Shown here: positions 38,479-45,506 of the stretch, in pieces | How the letters are laid out: the number at the start of each line of letters is the position of its first letter | Numbering within the stretch: position 1 is the stretch's first letter | From: Patescibacteria group bacterium | Lineage (GTDB): Bacteria > Patescibacteriota > Patescibacteriia > UBA11705 > JABHMO01 | Reading direction: 5' to 3' | Assembly: GCA_018818405.1 (NCBI GenBank) | Contig: JAHIRY010000040.1 | Location: 1 to 45,508 of the forward strand | DNA length: 45,508 nucleotides | The notes under the pieces: model-generated | What the model saw: only the letters and a program-made list of their open reading frames with translations | Told to the model about the DNA's origin: nothing | The model's database searches: none | Program-made: the position numbers and the translations under genes

Positions 38479-40980
38479 ATGCTTACATCAGAAACAAAAC
38501 GACATATTGATGCGGCTAGGCAAGTCCTCGTGGGCGTAGTGCCAAACCCAACATCACAAATTGATCAGATTACCAACGCGCTGATCTATAAATTTATGGA
38601 TGACATGGATCAATCGGCTATAAAAGCCGGTGGCTCACCATCTTTTTTTACTGATGATTTGGAAAGATATGCTTGGACACGCCTGATGGATAGCAGACTT
38701 GGCAATCAAGAAAGAATGAATCTGTATTCAGAAGCTCTGATTAAATTTTCGCAAGCTAAACAATTACCCGAACTTTTTAGAAATATTTTTAAATCCGCAT
38801 TTTTGCCATATCGCTCACCGGAAGTTTTAGGATTATTTTTAAAAGAAATAAATTATTTTGATTATTCTCACCCAGAAGATTTGGGCGATGGCTATGAATA
38901 TTTGCTTTCAATCATGTCCTCTCAAGGCGATGCAGGACAATTCCGCACCCCTCGCCATATTATTGATTTTATCGTTGATGCTATCAACCCGACAAAAGAC
39001 GACAAAGTACTTGATCCTGCTTGCGGAACAGGTGGATTCTTGGTCAGCTCATACAAGCATATATTAGAACAACACGACGGCAAAAATGATCCGGAAAAGA
39101 AAGAAAAACCGCTCACCCCAGATGACAGAAGAAAACTTTTTCAAAACTTTGAAGGATATGATATCGATCCAGGCATGGTGCGAATTGCGCAGGTCAATAT
39201 GTATCTGCATCAATTCAAAAATCCGAAAATTTTTCAATACGACACTTTGGGAATGGATGAACGCTGGAATGACAAGTTTGATGTAATACTCGCCAATCCG
39301 CCGTTTATGTCGCCAAAAGGTGGTGTTCGTCCGCATAGTAAATTTAGCGTGCAGTCGAGCCGATCAGAGGTTTTGTTTGTGGACTACATCATGAACCACT
39401 TGAAACCCAAAGGCCGAGCAGGTGTAATCGTACCAGAAGGAATTATTTTTCAATCAGGAAGTGCGCACAAACAACTTCGCAAAAACCTCGTCAATGACGG
39501 GCTGTATGCAGTCGTGAGCTTGCCAAGTGGAGTGTTTCAGCCATACAGCGGTGTAAAAACCAGTATTTTGCTTTTTGATAATGAACAAGCGAAGCAACGA
39601 AGTGAGGTTTTGTTTGTAAAAGTGGAAAATGACGGCTTTGATCCGGGCGCAACAAAAAGACCTATTAGCAAAAACGATTTGCCGACTGCTTTGGATATTT
39701 TAGACAAATGGAAAACTGGCGAGAAAGTGGAAAGCAAGTTGGCGGTTTATGTAGAAAAATCCAAAATTGCTGAAAACGGAGACTACAATCTTTCCGGTGA
39801 TCGCTATCGTGTAGCAACAGATTACAGCAATGCAAAATGGCCGATGGTGGAGTTGGGAGAGGTTTCAGAAATATTAAACGGCTACGCTTTCAAGAGTGAA
39901 AAATACACAAACAATGGTATTCGAGTTATTCGAATTACAAATGTACAAAAAGGTAAAATTGTTGATGATGATCCTAAGTTTTACTCTGAAGATTCAATTA
40001 ACGAAATTGGGAAATTTTTACTCGCTAAAAGTGATCTTTTGATTTCTCTCACTGGTAATGTCGGTAGAGTTGGATTGTTACAATCTGACTTATTGCCAGC
40101 CGGACTGAATCAACGAGTTGGTTGTATTCGTCTAAATGACAGCAAACAAGTTTCAATCAGTTATCTTTTTCATGTATTGAATACAGAATTATTTGAAGAT
40201 GATTGTATAAGAGCTTCAAGTGGTGTTGCACAGAAAAATTTAAGTACAGAATGGTTGAAAAAATATCAAATTCCTGTCCCACCTCTCGAAATTCAAGAGC
40301 AAATTGTGGCCGAGTTGGACGGCTACGCAGGCATAATCTCCGGCGCCAAACAAATCTCCCAAAATTGGAAACCAAAAATTGACATCGATCCGGAGTGGGA
40401 GAAAGTGAAGCTGGGGGAAATTGCAACGCTTGTTCAAGGTATAAATACTGCGGTGGATAAGCTTCACTATATTGAAGATGGTATAAAGGTTTTGCAAGCA
40501 AATAATATTTATCAAGGATCTGTGAATTTTGATAATTTAAAATTTATAACTGCAAAAGAATTTTCAGCGATTAACACAAAATACAAACCCACGAAAGAAG
40601 ATGTTTTATATTCAAATATCGGTGCTAGATTTGGGTATGCTTCAACTATAGATTTTGATGATAAATTTACATTTTCCTGGAATGTTATGAGAATGGTTAT
40701 TTTAGATAAATCAAAACTAGACAAATTTTATCTAAAAAATATTCTTAATTCTGATTTACTTCGACAGGTTGTGCTAAGTCAAGCATCAACAAGTACGATG
40801 CCATTTATATCTGGAAAAGATTTGAAGGCAATCGAAATCCCTCTTCCACCTCTCGTTATTCAAAAGCAAATCGTGAAAAAAATCGAGGCCGAGCGCACGC
40901 TGGTGGAATCTGCCAAAAAGTTGATTGATATTTACGAAGAAAAAACAAAAGAAACGATTTCTAAACTGTGGAATGAATAA
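38479..40980 (+). CDS. hsdM-hsdS: Fused type I methyltransferase-specificity subunit (HsdM-HsdS)
   Basis: GQFRTP, DPACGTGG, NPPF (m6A); two target recognition domains closed by PPLEIQEQIV and PPLVIQKQIV. Confidence 0.92.
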   Translation: MLTSETKRHIDAARQVLVGVVPNPTSQIDQITNALIYKFMDDMDQSAIKAGGSPSFFTDDLERYAWTRLMDSRLGNQERMNLYSEALIKFSQAKQLPELFRNIFKSAFLPYRSPEVLGLFLKEINYFDYSHPEDLGDGYEYLLSIMSSQGDAGQFRTPRHIIDFIVDAINPTKDDKVLDPACGTGGFLVSSYKHILEQHDGKNDPEKKEKPLTPDDRRKLFQNFEGYDIDPGMVRIAQVNMYLHQFKNPKIFQYDTLGMDERWNDKFDVILANPPFMSPKGGVRPHSKFSVQSSRSEVLFVDYIMNHLKPKGRAGVIVPEGIIFQSGSAHKQLRKNLVNDGLYAVVSLPSGVFQPYSGVKTSILLFDNEQAKQRSEVLFVKVENDGFDPGATKRPISKNDLPTALDILDKWKTGEKVESKLAVYVEKSKIAENGDYNLSGDRYRVATDYSNAKWPMVELGEVSEILNGYAFKSEKYTNNGIRVIRITNVQKGKIVDDDPKFYSEDSINEIGKFLLAKSDLLISLTGNVGRVGLLQSDLLPAGLNQRVGCIRLNDSKQVSISYLFHVLNTELFEDDCIRASSGVAQKNLSTEWLKKYQIPVPPLEIQEQIVAELDGYAGIISGAKQISQNWKPKIDIDPEWEKVKLGEIATLVQGINTAVDKLHYIEDGIKVLQANNIYQGSVNFDNLKFITAKEFSAINTKYKPTKEDVLYSNIGARFGYASTIDFDDKFTFSWNVMRMVILDKSKLDKFYLKNILNSDLLRQVVLSQASTSTMPFISGKDLKAIEIPLPPLVIQKQIVKKIEAERTLVESAKKLIDIYEEKTKETISKLWNE

Positions 40981-40987
40981 ATAAATT

Positions 40988-42781
40988 ATGCCTCATATAA
41001 TCAAGCACAATTTACTGAAAAAAACTCTCGACGAAATCGCAGAGACTGCGCCGGATCATCTGACGATTTACCATCCGGACGAGAGCGATCAAGATGGCCA
41101 AATTCACAAATATTCTCGGACACAAATCCACCTTTTTTTAAGAGTCCATTTTGGATTATTAGACTTTAATATTGCCGAAGATCAGATTACTGACGGCACA
41201 GATGACGGTGGTCTGGATGCGTATCATATTGACGCAGAAAAGAAAACTATCTATCTTATACAATCAAAATATAAAACTACCCCGGAAGGATACCTTAACA
41301 ATGATGTCGATTGGCGCGAATTCTTTAAAATGGAGCTAGATCGTATTGTCCAAGGCGAAACGGCCTCGTCATCAGGTCACCAATATAATGGAAAAATAAG
41401 AGGTCTCCAACAAAAAATTGGAGAAATTGCTGATATAGCACGGTGGAACTATACACTGATATATTTAGGAAATGTCCCTTCTGCTATTACAAAAGAAAGG
41501 TTGTTAACTGTCAGCGGTGGAGTTTGCACAAACACAGAGATACTACACGGAAACGATTTCTATAACCAAGTTTTAATCCCATATCTTAAGCGTGACTTTT
41601 ACGACAAAGAAGACTTCTCCTTTGAGATATACATCAATCAAGAACGATCAGCAAATCGTATCAGATATTCCGTTGATTTAGCTGATGGCGAATCTGCGGA
41701 GGTCCAGCTTTGTTTTGTCCCAACAATGGAAATAGCAAGGATGATGTCGCAATACAGAAATTCGATTTTACAATACAATCCACGTTGTTATGTAGGTATC
41801 AAAAATACCGGTGTTAATGCTGACATCAGAGACTCAGTTTCTAACACGGCACATAATGAATTTTCATTACTTAACAATGGCATTACCGTTGTCTGCAATG
41901 AGGTAAATTACAACGATAATACTGCGCAACGAGGAAGAGCTTCAATTACTGTATCTAATCCACAGATAGTAAATGGCGGTCAAACAGCGTTTACTTTAGC
42001 ACATCTATTTGAGAATAATTCTGACAATTCAATTTTTGACGGAAAAGAAGTTCTCACAAAATTTATAATTATTGTAGGCAATCGAGATGAAATGATAGAA
42101 AAAATATCTAATGCTACCAATAATCAAAATCCAATAAGGCCAAGGGATAAAGCCTCAAATGATCTAAAAATGATTCAATTGCAGTCGGGCCTCTTTGATC
42201 AATATGGCGTTCTACTCGAAAGAAAGCAGGGAGAATTTTATGACTCGATAAAAGAGGGTCTTATAGACAAAAAAAATGTAATAGACAGCGTTATTCTTAT
42301 GCGTCTTTTGCTTGTATATCGTGGTTCAGTTGCAAGAGCAAGAAGTGCTGGAGAGGGTGTGCTTTTTAGAGATTACAACCTTGACGGAGTTGAAGTTAGC
42401 GAAATTTATAAGCTCATTCGAATTTACAATAAAATCTCTAATCTCGACCAACCTAGTGAAAGAGATGGACGAAAACGTTACCAAATTAATATCTGGGGTA
42501 ATGGACTTAGATACGGTCAATGGGCTATTATATATGCAGTTTATCAATTATCTAAATCCGGTGAAAATCTTAATGATTGTTTGAATCGTGTTCAATCACG
42601 ATGGATAGATTTCGAAACTACTGTTGCAAATCATGAACATAATCAAAGTTATTCTTCTGACGGCTTCGATTATGCAAACTATTATAAAGGAAGTACCATT
42701 GATCGAGATTTAAATGAATATATCCCTAATATAGGAGAATTAGTAGAATCAAAAACCGATGTGGAAATTCCGAAGATATAA
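40988..42781 (+). CDS. AIPR family (abortive infection phage resistance) protein
   Basis: DGTDDGGLDA...IQSKY nuclease-like N-terminus; NPRCYVG, LLNNGIT, PQIVNGGQT, ATNNQN. Confidence 0.88.
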   Translation: MPHIIKHNLLKKTLDEIAETAPDHLTIYHPDESDQDGQIHKYSRTQIHLFLRVHFGLLDFNIAEDQITDGTDDGGLDAYHIDAEKKTIYLIQSKYKTTPEGYLNNDVDWREFFKMELDRIVQGETASSSGHQYNGKIRGLQQKIGEIADIARWNYTLIYLGNVPSAITKERLLTVSGGVCTNTEILHGNDFYNQVLIPYLKRDFYDKEDFSFEIYINQERSANRIRYSVDLADGESAEVQLCFVPTMEIARMMSQYRNSILQYNPRCYVGIKNTGVNADIRDSVSNTAHNEFSLLNNGITVVCNEVNYNDNTAQRGRASITVSNPQIVNGGQTAFTLAHLFENNSDNSIFDGKEVLTKFIIIVGNRDEMIEKISNATNNQNPIRPRDKASNDLKMIQLQSGLFDQYGVLLERKQGEFYDSIKEGLIDKKNVIDSVILMRLLLVYRGSVARARSAGEGVLFRDYNLDGVEVSEIYKLIRIYNKISNLDQPSERDGRKRYQINIWGNGLRYGQWAIIYAVYQLSKSGENLNDCLNRVQSRWIDFETTVANHEHNQSYSSDGFDYANYYKGSTIDRDLNEYIPNIGELVESKTDVEIPKI

Positions 42782-42977
42782 AATAATAGTGTGTTTTCGG
42801 TCGGGGCAATTCACCCCTTTTCTTCCCCTCTTGCCCCTCCCTCAAACAGAAATAGGAGTTTTGGGCTTCGGGCATTCACCCCTAACCCCTCTGCCCTTCG
42901 CCCAAAACAGAAAAACAAAATCAGATTCTTTTTAAGAGCGATTTGCTATCGCAAATCAAAAGGAAAACATGTACATC

Positions 42978-43104
42978 ATATAACACTGCGTATGCGGTTA
43001 CGGCTTGCTCCGTACCTCCGCAAGCCTACACCCATATTTGCCAGTGGTAAGCACTTCGTGCAATTATACCACTGGCAAACATCGCATACGCAGGAACGTT
43101 AGCT
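42978..43104 (+). other. attC-like site 1 (127 bp)
   Basis: ATATAAC...GTTAGCT; arms CTGCGTATGCG/CGCATACGCAG. Confidence 0.85.
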
Positions 43105-43123
43105 GAAATTTTAAAATTTATTT

Positions 43124-43837
43124 ATGCCTGAAAAATATAATAATCCGTCGCCCCCAGAAAAAGAAAGTGGATTTTATAGCGACATCGTTCGGCGGTATGA
43201 AACAGAAGTAAATCGCTTTGTTCCAGGTTATGCTGAGGAAATTGTTCCTCTCGTAACTGGTGAAGTAATCAGAAAAGCTCATAACGGAGCTGTTTTAGAC
43301 CTTGGCTCTGGCGTAGGGAATGTAGATGAAATCATTATAGATCAAGCAAACCCTCAATCCATTGACTTAGTTGAAATTTTAGAGCCAATGATTGAAGAAT
43401 CTAAAAAGCGATTGGAAGATAAAAATTCCACCATTCGTTTTCATGAGATGTCCGCTGAAGATTTTGAAGCCGAACCAAATAGTTTTAATGCAGTACTGTC
43501 AAACCTTGTTATTCACAATATCCCTTATGAAGACAAAGTTAGACTTATAAGCAATATTCATAAGTGGCTTAAAGATGGTGGAATTTTTATCTGGACTGAT
43601 CTTGTGAGCTTTTCTGATACCGCCGAACTCGAAAGATGTTTTGAAGAGCGTAAAAAAATAGCCATTTCGATGGGGGCGACTGAGGAATTCGCAGAAGAGA
43701 ATTTTAAAAAGGAACGAGAAGAAGATAATATGATTACCGTTGAACAAATGACTGAAATGCTACAACAAGCTGGTTTTCAAAATATTGAAATTCTCTGGAC
43801 TCGGTACAATGAAGTGGTCATGCGAGCAACGAAATAA
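43124..43837 (+). CDS. Class I SAM-dependent methyltransferase (loosely CmoA-like), cassette 2
   Basis: VLDLGSGVG motif I, NLVIHN, LKDGGIF. Confidence 0.85.
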   Translation: MPEKYNNPSPPEKESGFYSDIVRRYETEVNRFVPGYAEEIVPLVTGEVIRKAHNGAVLDLGSGVGNVDEIIIDQANPQSIDLVEILEPMIEESKKRLEDKNSTIRFHEMSAEDFEAEPNSFNAVLSNLVIHNIPYEDKVRLISNIHKWLKDGGIFIWTDLVSFSDTAELERCFEERKKIAISMGATEEFAEENFKKEREEDNMITVEQMTEMLQQAGFQNIEILWTRYNEVVMRATK

Positions 43838-43850
43838 ATTTTAAAACATC

Positions 43851-43926
43851 AGCTAACATTGAATATCTGGTTCCGCTTCGCTCCACCCAAATTGCTCGCA
43901 ACTTCAGATATCCAGAAACGTTGTAC
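43851..43926 (+). other. attC-like site 2 (76 bp)
   Basis: AGCTAAC...GTTGTAC; arms TTGAATATCTG/CAGATATCCAG. Confidence 0.85.
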
Positions 43927-44174
43927 GAAATTCCAACTAGTAAACGAGGTAGATTGAAAGTTTGTGCAAACAAAAAAGCACGTCTTAAAAACGAACTTTT
44001 AACTGATTACCCGTCGGAACTGTCGTACAACACCGAGTATGCGGTTGCGTGAAGAAGAAATTATTGATTTTTCTTTTCATTTTAAATCTGGCTCTTTTCA
44101 ATTTTTTCTATCAGAAAGTGAAGCGCCCTGCCCGAGATGTCTCGAACAGGGCGTGATCTATGACATGAAGGAAG

Positions 44175-44549
44175 CTACGGACCCTCGAACATGATCCGCC
44201 TGCCAACCGCCCGATTGTATGCGCTGTCCTCTCCCGTCAAATCCTTTGACGTATTGTTACCCATTGCGAAAATGGTTGCGAACAGATCTGACACCATCGG
44301 GCGATCAATGCTGTCAAGTGCCAGAAGCGCTGTAAACACTGAACTGACTGGATCAGAACTCCCTGTTGCATTGTCGAGGTTGTGAGTCGAGAACTCTCTG
44401 TGAGACACCACGTATCCACCATCAGGGTTATAGCTCTTGAGCCACGCTTCCCTGTCTTTGATGAAAAGTGCTGCATCATCACCACTCAGAAGATGCCAAG
44501 AGGTTGCCAGTTCGGCACCCTCAGCGACACGCACGAAAACATGCTTCAT
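44175..44549 (-). CDS. Hypothetical 124-aa protein inside attC3, antisense to the array
   Basis: AGGAGG SD 7 nt before ATG; own promoter; hairpin 44124-44153 after the stop. Confidence 0.7.
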   Translation of the reverse strand: MKHVFVRVAEGAELATSWHLLSGDDAALFIKDREAWLKSYNPDGGYVVSHREFSTHNLDNATGSSDPVSSVFTALLALDSIDRPMVSDLFATIFAMGNNTSKDLTGEDSAYNRAVGRRIMFEGP

Positions 44550-44589
44550 GTTTTACCCTCCTAAATTCGTCGCGGAATTGCGACTTCAT

Positions 44590-44619
44590 ATATTAGCAGA
44601 TCCACACCCCACCTGTCAA
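44590..44619 (-). promoter_or_regulatory. Promoter of the attC-embedded gene
   Basis: TTGACA-N18-TAATAT with extended TG. Confidence 0.65.
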
Positions 44620-44879
44620 GCCAACGAGGGACGAAAAAATTGAAAAGAGCCCTAAATTAAGGAAAAAAATCAATAATTTCTTCTTCACTCCACCCAAATC
44701 CCGCTCTTGAAATTGAGGGTTTTAAGGGGTAAAATAGGTTGGTGTTGAAGCGAAAGTTTGTACTAAAAACGAAGGGCGGGACTTCGCATACTCGGGGACG
44801 TTAAACGTAATCAGTAAAGTGGCTATAAAGTGGAAGTCGTTCCGATAACTTTTTTAATTAGTATCATTTTTTAATTAAC

Positions 44880-45506
44880 ATGACTCAAATCGTAGAAACT
44901 TGCAAATTCGTTGTTGATAATTCTCAACACGTAAAAATAAACTTGGAAAAGGTTGATGAGTTTGTCAATTATTTTAGTCATTCCCATATCAAACATTGGT
45001 TTAATGAATCGCCCTTTAATATTAGAAATTTAGCCCCCAAAGAAAGATTGCATTTTTTATTGGTGTTTAATTCGATTAGTTTTTCTTATTGGGGAGATCC
45101 AAAATGGAGAATTAATTATCATTCCAAAGAAATAGATGGAGCCTATGGAATGATTGGAGCAATTGGCAGAGCAATTGAAAATAAGACTCCCATTTTGGAT
45201 GCAAAATTTCTTTCTGAGATTAAAGAAGAAGAGTTTAGTAAAATTTTAGAAGGAACTGTTCAAATTCCTCTTTTTGAAGATAGATTAAATATTTTGCGAG
45301 AAATTGGAACAATCCTCTTGGAAAAATTTGAAGGCGATTTTACTAACCTCATCAATCAAGCCAATGGCGATTCACAAAAATTATTGAGTTTGATAATTGA
45401 GAATTTTCCTTCTTTTAATGACTCCTCAATTTACAATGGAAGACAAGTTTATTTTTACAAGCGTGCACAACTTTTAGTTGCTGATGTTGTGCAAGCTTTC
45501 AACGGA
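44880..45506 (+). CDS. Queuosine salvage protein (Qng1/DUF2419 family), partial, cassette 4
   Basis: Not in ORF track; manual translation MTQIVETCKFVVDNSQHVKIN...FNSISFSYWG...IPLFEDR...FPSFNDSSIYNGRQVYFYKRAQLLVAD. Confidence 0.85.
   Translation, partial: MTQIVETCKFVVDNSQHVKINLEKVDEFVNYFSHSHIKHWFNESPFNIRNLAPKERLHFLLVFNSISFSYWGDPKWRINYHSKEIDGAYGMIGAIGRAIENKTPILDAKFLSEIKEEEFSKILEGTVQIPLFEDRLNILREIGTILLEKFEGDFTNLINQANGDSQKLLSLIIENFPSFNDSSIYNGRQVYFYKRAQLLVADVVQAFNG

Larger units (their letters stand above)
44025..44806 (+). other. Giant attC-like site 3 (782 bp) containing a gene
   Basis: GTACAAC...GTTAAAC; perfect arms CCGAGTATGCG/CGCATACTCGG; inner inverted repeat 44049-44108 vs 44633-44688. 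Confidence 0.8.

Noticed and set aside
42791-43102. 103-aa plus-strand ORF
   Set aside because: It runs through the cassette IR and attC1 and has no protein features; a shadow ORF.
44025-44806. IS1111-attC element or group IIC intron in attC3
   Set aside because: The ORF is only 124 aa with no DEDD transposase or reverse transcriptase motifs.
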